Source of the DNA: Spirochaetia bacterium
Lineage (GTDB): Bacteria > Spirochaetota > Spirochaetia > CADAEX01
Reading direction: 5' to 3'
DNA length: 64,000 bases
Assembly (NCBI GenBank): GCA_045606105.1
Contig: JAZURI010000001.1
Location: 32,001 to 96,000 of the forward strand
In this document: positions 46,852-56,062 of the stretch, one piece after another
Numbering within the stretch: position 1 is the first letter of the stretch
Layout: the number at the start of each line of letters is the position of its first letter
Notes under the pieces: generated by a model
Database searches by the model: none
Told to the model about the DNA's origin: nothing
The model's input: the letters and a program-made list of their open reading frames with translations, nothing else
Made by a program: the position numbers and the translations under genes

Positions 46852-48776
46852 TGTTCCTCCTTGTCATCATCCTGCAGATTGAGGTAATCGCTATCCCTCC
46901 TGTCGTACAGGTCGATATATTTATTCTTTGTCTTTTTTCTTGCCGGCTTCGGAAGCTGCTCCGATTCCGGCTTCTTATCCAGGAGGCCAAGCTCCTGGTC
47001 AACTTCAATAACATCGCCCTGGTGATAGATTCCGCCCGCCACATCGGCAAGGGTCTGGAATCCCTCCGGTGCGGCCACTTCGGGCAGGCCACGCTCGGCC
47101 ACAGCCACAAGCCCCTGTTGTCTTGCACCGGTAAGCCTCCGGATGCTTTCCTTGAAGTCGCTTCCTTCCAGGAAGAAGTTCCCCCGGGCATTGCATATAT
47201 GCTCGCCCTTGAGAGTGCTTACCGACACCTCGTCGTCGCTAATCAGGCTGGTGTATACACGCACCTCGGTGCCCACATACATCTGCAGGTCAGGGTGCCA
47301 GTAGTTCACGCCGCCAACCTTGACACCGTTCCGGCCGCACTTGCGGATCTCGCCTGTGCATAATGCTGCCGCCAGGGTCTCCTTGCTGACCCTGCGAACC
47401 TGTGAAGGGTCATAGTTCTCCTGGAACACCTGGCTTCTGGTCTTTCCCTCCATGCCCTTGCCCTGGCTCTCGAATCTGTCGTTGATATAGAGGACCATCT
47501 TATTAGCGAACGCTAGGAACTCATCCCAGGAGGGGATATCGTCTCTTTTAGCCTTTCCATCAATGGAGCGGAACATAAGCTGCGCATCCTCCGGCTGGGT
47601 GCGTGTGTCACTTCCCAGGTAGGTACCGAAATCCTTGGCCAGGTATTCGGCCAGGATACGGAAATAGCGCTCCTGCCTGCCTTTTGACTTGCCATTATAT
47701 GTCCGGGTGAAGTGCACCTCGCTTCCTACAATGTTGAAAATGCCTGAGAAGCGCACCTCGGTTTCCTCGCTCATTCCCTCCGGGGTCATAGTCCTGGCGG
47801 TGGTGGTCCAGCCGTTGAGGATCTTCGATCGGTAGTCCTTGCCGTTGTCAAAAAGCAGCTCCCTGGGCACTCCGTACTGCAACACAGCCATGTAGTAGGC
47901 CACAATGATGGAGAGGCTCGACGGCCGGACACTGAAGCACCAGCCTAAAACCTTGCCGCTCCGGTAGTCCTGCATGGTGGTGATCCACGGCCGCACCAGC
48001 TTGCCGTGGTACATGCACACGCAGTCCAGGACATGGTGATCGGAAACCACCCGGTCCATCGACTTGTAGGCCTCCACGTTCTGTTCCATATAGGGCAGGT
48101 ATCTGTTCTCGAACTGGCTGTCGCCCAGCCGGTACTTGTCCCTTATAGCGGGCGGTATCGACTTGAGGAACCGCGCAGCCGTGGAATATGTGCACCGGCT
48201 GTAGGGCACGTTGGCCTTCATAAGCCTGAGCGCATGGCTCATGGTGGGCTGAGAGGTCTGCAGCCAGAATTTGGCCAGCAGATTCTTCTCGGTCTCCGTC
48301 AGCTGCTCTCCTGCGCCGCCCCGGCTTATGCCGTAGCGCGGTGTCACGCCGCTGGCCCCGTTTGCGGTCCAGTCGCGCAGCCATCTGTAGAAAGTGGCCA
48401 GCGACACCTCGCCCAGCTTGCTGTAGATCACTTTTTCTATCTGCTGGCTGTTGTAGGCTTCCACAAAGTCCTGCTTCCTCATGCCGCTGTGGCGGAATGA
48501 TAGCAGCAGGGCGCTCCGCCATGTGGCGGTCTCCCTGGACTTGTCGCTCGCAGCCATGTAAGCCTGTCCGGCCAGGACAGCGCCGCCCTCGCGCTCCTTG
48601 TTCTGCCTTGCGGCGAGCATGAAGCGGATGTCCATGGGCAGCCGGTTCTCCACAAACTGGAGCCCGCCGGATCTCTCGACGCAGGGCCAGCCCTCTTTCC
48701 GCGCCCTCTCAAGCACAGACTTGCGGGTTATGCCCAGCACGTCGGCCAGCTCTCTGGTTCTGACATAATCACTCAT
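46848..48776 (-). CDS. MuA-like DDE transposase
   Basis: N-terminal HTH, VSDHH, FDNGKDY, KGRQERYF, Mu-like C-terminal domain. Confidence 0.92.
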   Translation of the reverse strand: MSDYVRTRELADVLGITRKSVLERARKEGWPCVERSGGLQFVENRLPMDIRFMLAARQNKEREGGAVLAGQAYMAASDKSRETATWRSALLLSFRHSGMRKQDFVEAYNSQQIEKVIYSKLGEVSLATFYRWLRDWTANGASGVTPRYGISRGGAGEQLTETEKNLLAKFWLQTSQPTMSHALRLMKANVPYSRCTYSTAARFLKSIPPAIRDKYRLGDSQFENRYLPYMEQNVEAYKSMDRVVSDHHVLDCVCMYHGKLVRPWITTMQDYRSGKVLGWCFSVRPSSLSIIVAYYMAVLQYGVPRELLFDNGKDYRSKILNGWTTTARTMTPEGMSEETEVRFSGIFNIVGSEVHFTRTYNGKSKGRQERYFRILAEYLAKDFGTYLGSDTRTQPEDAQLMFRSIDGKAKRDDIPSWDEFLAFANKMVLYINDRFESQGKGMEGKTRSQVFQENYDPSQVRRVSKETLAAALCTGEIRKCGRNGVKVGGVNYWHPDLQMYVGTEVRVYTSLISDDEVSVSTLKGEHICNARGNFFLEGSDFKESIRRLTGARQQGLVAVAERGLPEVAAPEGFQTLADVAGGIYHQGDVIEVDQELGLLDKKPESEQLPKPARKKTKNKYIDLYDRRDSDYLNLQDDDKEEQ

Positions 48777-48798
48777 ACAATCCCCCTGATGATTAGCC

Positions 48799-49083
48799 TC
48801 ATGCCATCCTGAGCTTGGCCTCTGCCTCCATGTGGAGCAGGTCGCCGTTGGTCCGCACCGGGAAAAGATATTCCACCGGCAGCCTGAAGAACGCGGCTAT
48901 GCGGCTCTCCAGCTTGCGAGCCCGGTCTCGGCCGGAAATAATCTGGCTGACATAGGCTTGCGATACGCCAACTCTTTCTGCCAGCTCGGTTATTGTCATC
49001 CCATGCTTGGCCAGCTCCACCTTGCACCTGGTAAGCCGTTCCCGGTCCACCGCGTATGGTCTCTTTGCTTTCTGCAACAGCAT
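48799..49083 (-). CDS. Ner/Cro-like HTH regulator
   Basis: TITELAERVGVSQAYVSQIISG; AAGGAGG SD; upstream of A. Confidence 0.8.
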   Translation of the reverse strand: MLLQKAKRPYAVDRERLTRCKVELAKHGMTITELAERVGVSQAYVSQIISGRDRARKLESRIAAFFRLPVEYLFPVRTNGDLLHMEAEAKLRMA

Positions 49084-49258
49084 CGTTGTCCTCCTTATAT
49101 AGTTATGGCAGGCTTGCAGGGCTGCCATATCTCCGGGCCTGCCTGACAGGCCGCCCGGTCTTATTAATTTTTTCCTTTATAAAAAGCTCCACCCCGTGGT
49201 AAGATAGGAGAGAGTAATACCACAAACCACGAGGAGAGCAAAAATGACAAAGAAATAA

Positions 49259-49573
49259 ATGACAAAAGAAAGAATGCTGCATATCGCAAGCGTGCGGCTG
49301 TATCACCATTGGCAGAAACTTTATCCTGGCAAGTTCAAGCAGAAGAAACCCGCAAAAAAGTTTGTGGAGGATCAGCATGCTGCTCATACCAAGCTTACGT
49401 ACTATATTCTTACCGGTGCGAAAGCCGGAGAGAGGCTGGAGGCTTTTCTGATTGCTTGTGATACGCAGGAAATCCATCTGTTAGTCTCCAAGGACGCGAC
49501 CGTTCCCACAATGATGGATGAAATTGATCTGCTTATTGAGAAGAGCAAGAAACTTGTGGCACAGATTCCCTGA
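49259..49573 (+). CDS. Hypothetical protein
   Basis: 104-aa ORF with GAGGAG nearby; antisense to the early operon. Confidence 0.4.
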   Translation: MTKERMLHIASVRLYHHWQKLYPGKFKQKKPAKKFVEDQHAAHTKLTYYILTGAKAGERLEAFLIACDTQEIHLLVSKDATVPTMMDEIDLLIEKSKKLVAQIP

Positions 49574-49672
49574 AGGCTTTGTCTTCTTATATAGAAGATT
49601 GTTGCAATTATCAGTCCCGACATAGGTTTCGGCGGCAGTCTTTGCCATTGCCTTGAGCTTGTTTTTCTTCAT
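49481..49672 (-). CDS. Small hypothetical first early gene
   Basis: GGGGGA SD; downstream of the predicted early promoter. Confidence 0.4.
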   Translation of the reverse strand: MKKNKLKAMAKTAAETYVGTDNCNNLLYKKTKPSGNLCHKFLALLNKQINFIHHCGNGRVLGD

Positions 49673-49810
49673 TATCAGTATCCCCCTGTTAAAGTTTTGG
49701 CCCGGCCTGCCGAAAATGTAATTAGGCTTGCAGAGCTTGCTACTGTATTTTTTGCTGATGAAACGTTAGCTTATAATTCATAAGAAAAAATCCAATTAGG
49801 ATGTAAAAAC

Positions 49811-49879
49811 TGCTTATGTTTTATAAGCAAAAAATAAACGATAAATCGACACAAGTCAATAGATTTTGTCGAAAAATCT
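49811..49879. promoter_or_regulatory. Immunity switch: leftward promoter and candidate operators
   Basis: Minus strand TTGACT-N17-TATTTT (49859-49831); inverted repeats TGCTTAT-N5-ATAAGCA, TCGACA-N15-TGTCGA, AGATTTT-N5-AAAATCT. Confidence 0.55.
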
Positions 49880-49899
49880 TAATTTTGAGGTTATTTTTT

Positions 49900-50844
49900 A
49901 TGGATTGGATAAGAATTATCGACACAATTGAAAGTAAATTCCCAGATAAATCTATTTCAAAGCTGTGTAATGTTCGCTCACAATATATTTCTGATTTGAA
50001 GTCTGGAAAATCAAAAAATCCGGGTTCGGAGTTTACTCTTAAGCTTATTAAGAATTATAACTTAAACCCGAGCTGGCTTTTGAATGAAAAATTACCCATG
50101 TTTTTAGCTGGAACATTTGATGACCAGTTTAGTGCAGAAGAATCAGCAAGCGGTAATGCAGCTGAGCAACTAAAAACTATTAGGCTAATGAAAAACCTTT
50201 CTCAAAGAAAGCTTGCTGAGCTTTTAGAGATTAGCCCAAGTACTATCGCTACGATTGAATCAGCACAGGGCCAGAATCGGCGGGATATTCCCAAAGCTGC
50301 AATGCGTGCTCTGGTTGAAAAAATGAATGTGAATGCCCATTGGCTGCTTACAGGCCAAGGTCCCATGTTTATAGAACAGGACGATGAACATTCCATAACC
50401 GGCTACCGCATTCCTGTACTCAAGCAGAAGGCGTCAGCCGGCCCGGGCCAGGACTGGCAGGGCGAGGAGAATATAGAGCGGTACCTGGACTCTGTCCTGG
50501 ACCTCTCGGCCAGCTTCAGGAAGATCAAGCCCTACGCCTTCGAGGTGCGGGGCGGCAGTATGGCAGGCGCAGGGATCCACTCGGGCGACATAGTGATATT
50601 CGACCCGCATCCGGCGGAGCTGCCGGATGACATCTATGTATATGCACTGGACGGCAGTGTGTTCGTCAAATACATTGTATTCGACGATGCGGACAAGACC
50701 ATAACAACATACAGCTGCATGCCGGACGGTGTGCATAAGCAGGTGGCGGTTATCCACCCGGACGACCCGGCCGATGCCGAGCGGTTCCACCTGTTCGGCA
50801 GGGTCATAGCGTGGCTGCATGAGAACCATCTCATGCGCCGCTGA
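49900..50844 (+). CDS. CI-like repressor with two HTH domains and an S24 peptidase domain
   Basis: Two HTH blocks ending NPSWLL and NAHWLLTG; SAGPG cleavage site, GGSM serine, VK lysine. Confidence 0.88.
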   Translation: MDWIRIIDTIESKFPDKSISKLCNVRSQYISDLKSGKSKNPGSEFTLKLIKNYNLNPSWLLNEKLPMFLAGTFDDQFSAEESASGNAAEQLKTIRLMKNLSQRKLAELLEISPSTIATIESAQGQNRRDIPKAAMRALVEKMNVNAHWLLTGQGPMFIEQDDEHSITGYRIPVLKQKASAGPGQDWQGEENIERYLDSVLDLSASFRKIKPYAFEVRGGSMAGAGIHSGDIVIFDPHPAELPDDIYVYALDGSVFVKYIVFDDADKTITTYSCMPDGVHKQVAVIHPDDPADAERFHLFGRVIAWLHENHLMRR

Positions 50845-50846
50845 CA

Positions 50847-50870
50847 GAAAAGCCCCTCTCCGGGGCTTTT
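50847..50870 (+). terminator. Terminator after the repressor
   Basis: AAAAGCCCC-TCTCC-GGGGCTTTT. Confidence 0.75.
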
Positions 50871-50974
50871 ATTATATAAGGGTGGGAAAAGTATCGACTT
50901 TGGCCGGAAAACGCCTCTAAGGTATTAAAAAACCGTTAAAAAACTCGATGCCGGATAAAACCCGGTCTGCCAAC

Positions 50975-51004
50975 TTGACAGCCGGGCGGTTTAAGAGATA
51001 AATT
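50975..51004 (+). promoter_or_regulatory. sigma70 promoter of the moron
   Basis: TTGACA-N18-TAAATT; the -35 lies inside an imperfect inverted repeat (50961-50986). Confidence 0.55.
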
Positions 51005-51027
51005 TTATATACAGGAGAAACATAAAA

Positions 51028-51279
51028 ATGTATGAAGGTTTGAAGCAGGATTATCAGTATTTTTCTGATAACTTCAAGGATCTGTACAAGCAGTATCCGG
51101 GCAAGTATCTTGTGATCAAAGACTGCCGGGTTTTAAATGCGTACGATGACTTTGATACCGCATACAAGAAGACACTTGAGACAGAGGAGCTGGGCACATT
51201 CATCATCCAGGAATGCAAGGAGAATGACGAGAACCAGTTCATGTATCACCATAACAATGTAGCTTTTGCCGCCATCTGA
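51028..51279 (+). CDS. DUF5678-like small protein
   Basis: [14 protein letters not shown]...DD. Confidence 0.65.
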   Translation: MYEGLKQDYQYFSDNFKDLYKQYPGKYLVIKDCRVLNAYDDFDTAYKKTLETEELGTFIIQECKENDENQFMYHHNNVAFAAI

Positions 51280-51281
51280 CC

Positions 51282-51803
51282 ATGGATTCATTCACATCTT
51301 CCTATGACAAACTGTCAAATGTACTTAAGAATAAAATAGAAATAGCTCAGGTAGGAAGCTCTTTTTCGGCCCAGGAATGGGTTGCTCTGTGGGATACAGG
51401 GGCTACAAACTCTGTCATAACACAGAAAGTGGTCGATGCCCTCGGCCTGCAGCCGGTCGGTCAGGTACCCTGCAGCACTCCCCAGGGGAGCTATAATGCT
51501 TGGGTCTATTATATCGATGTGAAGCTGCCGAGCTCTGTGATCATCCCCAAGCTGCAGGTGACTTTAGGACAGCCTTTTGGATGCGATATCCTTGTCGGCA
51601 TGGATATAATAGGAAGAGGCGATTTTGCTGTGTCTAACTTTGAGGGCAGGACTGTATTTACTTTCCGCACCCCTTCTCTGATGACTTTCGACTTTGTCAA
51701 TAAATCATATCTTGAGCCCATCGTAAAGCCACCCACACCGGGGCGCAACTCACCATGCCCATGCGGCAGCGGCAAAAAATACAAGCAGTGCTGCGGTCGA
51801 TAA
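51282..51803 (+). CDS. Retropepsin-like aspartyl protease with C-terminal SEC-C motif
   Basis: [34 protein letters not shown]. Confidence 0.88.
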   Translation: MDSFTSSYDKLSNVLKNKIEIAQVGSSFSAQEWVALWDTGATNSVITQKVVDALGLQPVGQVPCSTPQGSYNAWVYYIDVKLPSSVIIPKLQVTLGQPFGCDILVGMDIIGRGDFAVSNFEGRTVFTFRTPSLMTFDFVNKSYLEPIVKPPTPGRNSPCPCGSGKKYKQCCGR

Positions 51804-51846
51804 TTCTTTAAAAAAACTCGAAAAAATAAAACAATCTCCTTTGCAT

Positions 51847-51900
51847 TTTTTGAACTACTTCAACTACAGATGTTCGCGCCATCCATATTAAGCTGAGGCA
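51847..51900 (+). promoter_or_regulatory. Late promoter of the head/tail arm with activator box
   Basis: TTTTTGAACTACTTCAA-N25-TAAGCT-N6-ATG. Confidence 0.75.
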
Positions 51901-52788
51901 ATGAAAACAAGAAAACGTGAAATTGCTAAGGCGGGGATCTTCGGTTCTGTCGAGAACCCTGTCATCGTCCTGGAGAGCGACCTCAAGGAGATCGCCGAGA
52001 CTTTCCCGGAGATAGGCAAGGCACCCATCCAGCTGGGACACTGGCCGGATGCGGAGCAGCCGAGGCTGGGCAATGTCGTGGGCGTGACCTATGACGAGGC
52101 CACCAAGACTCTCTATGGCGAGATCGAGGAGGAGGATGCGCTGGCGCAGGCTGTCGAGGACGGCTACTACCCTGACGTCTCCATCGGCGCCAAGTCAAGG
52201 GCCACCGACGGCAAGATGTACCTGCACCACCTTGCATACCTGGGAGAGGAGGCTCCGGCAATCAAGGATCTCAAGGACGAGATCAAGACAAGCCTGGGCA
52301 TCGCGGCCTGTGACAAGACCGGCGTGCGTATGCTTCCTGGAACAATGGAGAAAAGGCTCTATCTTTCTGACGAGCCTAAAAAAACTGATCCCCCGGGAGA
52401 GGGCGGAAAGGAGAATAACGTGGACGACAAGCAGAAGGTCGCAGAGCTCGAGGCTGAGAACCAGAAGCTCAAGGAACAGAACCAGGCCCAGGAGAAGATG
52501 CTCTCCGACGCCATGAAGGTTCGGAAGGAAGAGGAGAAGGCTGCGCTCAAAAAGGCAGTCGAGGGCAAGCTCACAGAAGCTCAGACACAGAAGCTCATGG
52601 CACTGGCTGACAGCTGCGAGGGCGGCAGAACCATCGAGCTCGCGGACGGCGAGTCCAAGAGACAGGTTGGCCCTATCAGCATTCTTGCGGAGGTTTTCGA
52701 GGACATCCCCCTCAAGGTGAAACCTGGCAAGCTGGACCTTTCAGACGGCGAACAGCAGCCGGCTGAAATCAATTTCAACGCTATTTAA
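51901..52788 (+). CDS. Mu I-like capsid maturation protease/scaffold
   Basis: APIQLGH, Y.DVS, L.HLA.LG...PAIK.L; coiled-coil C-terminus. Confidence 0.82.
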   Translation: MKTRKREIAKAGIFGSVENPVIVLESDLKEIAETFPEIGKAPIQLGHWPDAEQPRLGNVVGVTYDEATKTLYGEIEEEDALAQAVEDGYYPDVSIGAKSRATDGKMYLHHLAYLGEEAPAIKDLKDEIKTSLGIAACDKTGVRMLPGTMEKRLYLSDEPKKTDPPGEGGKENNVDDKQKVAELEAENQKLKEQNQAQEKMLSDAMKVRKEEEKAALKKAVEGKLTEAQTQKLMALADSCEGGRTIELADGESKRQVGPISILAEVFEDIPLKVKPGKLDLSDGEQQPAEINFNAI

Positions 52789-52800
52789 AAGGAGATTAAA

Positions 52801-53394
52801 ATGGTAATCAACGGAATGATCGGAGAGGTTGATCTGATTGGTAAGCATGCCGCAGACGGCCGGCATGGTCCTGTCATCAAGACAGTGGAATTCAAGGAAA
52901 GTATCGGTGCTCTCGGTGCCGGCGAGCTGCTCTTCAAGGGAAGCGGCGGCGCTGCATCCGCAAAGGATGCCACCCAGGTCCAGGGACAGGTTACCCAGGC
53001 TGCGGACGGAGTCCTGACAGACTTCGACATCGACCTCGGCAAGGCAATCCTGCCGGGCTCTGTGACTGTCAAAACAAACGACAGCACTGCTAAAGAGCTG
53101 GCTGACCAGGGCGACGGAACTCTGGACGGAGATGACGGCGACGGTACTGTGGACTACGCTTCCGGCAAGGTTCACATCGAGTTCGACGCCGCACCTGCTT
53201 ACTCAAAGACTGTGACTGTCAAGGCTGTCCCAGCTGACGGCTTTGTCGGCGTGCTGGATGATGACATCATCGCAGGCGAGGCAGTGGCCAATGCTGTTGT
53301 TCATGGCACCATCTACGAGGGCGTGGCCAAGCTTGACGGCGTGGCAGCAACCCCTGAGCAGCTTGAGTTCCTGAAAGACAAAGGAATCTACTGA
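52801..53394 (+). CDS. Head decoration protein
   Basis: Between protease and capsid; GVL..D, VHG motifs. Confidence 0.55.
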   Translation: MVINGMIGEVDLIGKHAADGRHGPVIKTVEFKESIGALGAGELLFKGSGGAASAKDATQVQGQVTQAADGVLTDFDIDLGKAILPGSVTVKTNDSTAKELADQGDGTLDGDDGDGTVDYASGKVHIEFDAAPAYSKTVTVKAVPADGFVGVLDDDIIAGEAVANAVVHGTIYEGVAKLDGVAATPEQLEFLKDKGIY

Positions 53395-53405
53395 GGAGGA
53401 GAAAT

Positions 53406-54389
53406 ATGCCAGATTTCAATTTCAAGAATTATCTGAACCCGCAGGCACTGACAGGCACTCTTAACAAGATGCCCCCACTGCACACAGTTATCATGGACCT
53501 GATCTATCCAGAGTCCGCCCAGGTCAATCATCCGTTTGACACAATCGGATACGAGGATCTGGCTGCCACCATCAAGAACATCCCTCTGGTGACCAGGGGC
53601 GGACAGTCCTATGCACTGTCTCTTGATGACAACAAGCTGAAGTATATCGACCCGGCCAACCTGAACCCGAGCTACTTCGTGAAGTCTGCTGACCTCAACA
53701 GACTCAGAAATATGCCGGCCCAGTCTGTCCAGGCATATATCAATGCACGGATCGACCGGCTCCGCAGAGCCATCAGAAAATCCAAGGAAGCTATGGCAGC
53801 ACAGTCCCTGACCGGTAAGATCTCCTACGACCTTGAGACCGCCAACGGCGGAATCGTCAAGTATGAGGTGAACTTCGGATCCATCCTGACCCAGACTATC
53901 TCAACCAAGTGGGACGCACAGGCTGCGACACCTGGCAAGATGGTTGCAGACATCGGCAAGATGCTGGGTAAGATCGGCGAGAAGTCCGACGCCACAAAGT
54001 TCGTGGCAATCTGTGACTTCGCCACATTCGGCGTGATCACAGACCTCTGCGGACAGGCAAAGAGCACTCTGCCTATTACTGTCGGCCTTGACAAGATCAA
54101 GATCGGTCAGCTGGAGATTGTGCCTGTTGCCGGTTCTTACTATGACTACTCCTCAGGAGCCAACGTTCCTGTAGTTGAAGCCAAGAAGTTCAAGATCATC
54201 GGTGTTGACGGAGGCTTCCGCTTCTTCAACTGCGCGCTCGACTCCGAGGACGCAAGCTTCGCAGGTATCCCATTCGGTATCCGCGAGGTCAAGAAGGATG
54301 ATCCTGAGGGAAGAAAGCTCATCGCAATGTCACGGCCAATGCCTGTACCAGATGTCAACGCCATCTGCGAGGCAACCGTACTCAGCTGA
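53406..54389 (+). CDS. Major capsid protein (lambda E-like)
   Basis: 327 aa, PLV.RG, E.MAAQ.LTG.I, DPEG....SRP.P. Confidence 0.82.
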   Translation: MPDFNFKNYLNPQALTGTLNKMPPLHTVIMDLIYPESAQVNHPFDTIGYEDLAATIKNIPLVTRGGQSYALSLDDNKLKYIDPANLNPSYFVKSADLNRLRNMPAQSVQAYINARIDRLRRAIRKSKEAMAAQSLTGKISYDLETANGGIVKYEVNFGSILTQTISTKWDAQAATPGKMVADIGKMLGKIGEKSDATKFVAICDFATFGVITDLCGQAKSTLPITVGLDKIKIGQLEIVPVAGSYYDYSSGANVPVVEAKKFKIIGVDGGFRFFNCALDSEDASFAGIPFGIREVKKDDPEGRKLIAMSRPMPVPDVNAICEATVLS

Positions 54390-54401
54390 TAGAGGTGGAA
54401 T

Positions 54402-54869
54402 ATGAGAGAGCACTCCATCGATGATATCCAGGTCATGAATACCCAGCCTGTCTCTGTCTCTGTTTTTGGCACCGCCATAACACAGCAGGAGGTGGAGAAG
54501 CGCCTCTCCAGGAATCTGTTCAAGCAGCTCTCTGACAGCTCGGAGAGCTCTGTTCCAGATGCGATAAACCGCGCACAGATATATGTAGGTACCATCCTCA
54601 AAGGGTTTGGTGTTCGGCTCAACCTTGACGACGACGTGATCCGGGAAGTCGTGCTGCTCAATTCTATCTACGAGCTGCACATGGCCCTCGGCCATGCTGA
54701 GGCCGGCAAGGAGTACCGTGACCGTGCCAAGGATCTGATCCTTGTCACATGGGGAGAGTACCGGGATGCTGACCGCCCGGAGGCGGGGAAAGTCTCCGGG
54801 GGTAGTGTCTTCGGGACAAAGCATTCCGGCAAGTACCGCAGGGCGCTTGAACTCGGGGGGACCCGATGA
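54402..54869 (+). CDS. Head-tail adaptor (Mu gp36-like)
   Basis: Position; DAI.RA, IYEL. Confidence 0.5.
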   Translation: MREHSIDDIQVMNTQPVSVSVFGTAITQQEVEKRLSRNLFKQLSDSSESSVPDAINRAQIYVGTILKGFGVRLNLDDDVIREVVLLNSIYELHMALGHAEAGKEYRDRAKDLILVTWGEYRDADRPEAGKVSGGSVFGTKHSGKYRRALELGGTR

Positions 54870-55453
54870 GCAAGGATGGGATCACTCCTGTTCTTGAGAC
54901 CGTGCTCAAGGGGCTCAAGTCGCCGCACAAGGCGCACGTGGCCGGTGATATGGCCGTGGGCTTCATCCAGAAGCATATCGCAGAGGGCCAGGGTTTCGCG
55001 CCGCTGGCTCCGGCGACTGCTGCGTACAGGGGCAACGGTCAGCCGCTCAGGGACACCGGGCATCTGCTCATGTCGATCAAGTCGGCCAAGCTGGGCGACG
55101 ATGCGGCGTCGGTATTCACCGAGCTTAAATATGCTGCCCTGCAGAACAACGGCGGCGTGATCACAGCCAAGAGGGACTGGCTTTTCATTCCCGCGGCCGG
55201 GACGCGCAGGCTTGAGCGGCGGTACGGCTACAGCCCCAAAGAGGTGCTGGCCGGGCTGCGTGCGGCAGGGTTCTGGGTATTCAGGGTCGGCAGGACGGTA
55301 TGCTACCGGCAGAAAGGCAAGAAGCGGCTGCACGTCGCCTACTACCTTAAGAAGTCGGTCACCGTTCCAGCCCGGAAATTCTTCTATATATCTAATGGAG
55401 AGCTGGAGATGATCAGTCAGGAGGTCGGAGATGTTATCGTATCGGGCGCTTGA
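54866..55453 (+). CDS. Phage virion morphogenesis protein (Mu G-like)
   Basis: F.PL.PAT, PLRDTG.L..SI, YAA..N.GG, VPAR.F. Confidence 0.8.
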   Translation: MSKDGITPVLETVLKGLKSPHKAHVAGDMAVGFIQKHIAEGQGFAPLAPATAAYRGNGQPLRDTGHLLMSIKSAKLGDDAASVFTELKYAALQNNGGVITAKRDWLFIPAAGTRRLERRYGYSPKEVLAGLRAAGFWVFRVGRTVCYRQKGKKRLHVAYYLKKSVTVPARKFFYISNGELEMISQEVGDVIVSGA

Positions 55454-55928
55454 GCTTTTCCATAAGCAGCTGGAGCGGCACATATCCTCCGACAGCTTCG
55501 CCACCAAGGTGGTGATGCTTCCGTCATCTGTGGATGAGAAGGGACTGACCATCCAGCTCGCGGCGCAGAAGGTGCGCCGGCAGGCCGTGCCGGCAGGCGT
55601 GAGGACCAGCCGCTTCCTGAAGGTCCGGGTCTCCGTCAAGGGGACCGCAGAGAGCCTTACAGGGCTTGCGCAGGCGATCGGCTGCATAGATGCTCTTGAC
55701 GACTACCTCGGCATGGGAGACCTGCATCTTGAGGACGAGAGCGGCAGCCAGATACCAAACACCAGGGTCGTTCAGCGTGTATCCGACGAGGACTCGTTCC
55801 TGGACAGCCCGGACTCCACAGACGTTCAGGATGTGGAGGACGTGAGGATGGTGGAGATAACTTTCCCGGTGTCATACCAGGAGACTGCGCAGGCGCAGGT
55901 ACCGGCCCAGGACGGCCAGAATAATTAG
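55431..55928 (+). CDS. Putative tail terminator
   Basis: Size and position before the tail tube. Confidence 0.45.
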   Translation: MLSYRALELFHKQLERHISSDSFATKVVMLPSSVDEKGLTIQLAAQKVRRQAVPAGVRTSRFLKVRVSVKGTAESLTGLAQAIGCIDALDDYLGMGDLHLEDESGSQIPNTRVVQRVSDEDSFLDSPDSTDVQDVEDVRMVEITFPVSYQETAQAQVPAQDGQNN

Positions 55929-55936
55929 GAGGCAAT

Positions 55937-56062
55937 ATGGCACAGTACGTGACCGAATATGTCAAAGACAGGGACGGCAAGATCAGAAAGAAAGAGCCCA
56001 AGAAACCTGCCGAGCCCAAACCAGAAAAAAAGGAAGCCAAGAAGGAGGAAAACCATGGCTGA
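55937..56062 (+). CDS. 41-aa Lys/Glu-rich phage protein (not in ORF track)
   Basis: AGGAGG SD, MAQYVTEYVKDRDGKIRKK...; stop overlaps the tail tube start. Confidence 0.55.
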   Translation: MAQYVTEYVKDRDGKIRKKEPKKPAEPKPEKKEAKKEENHG

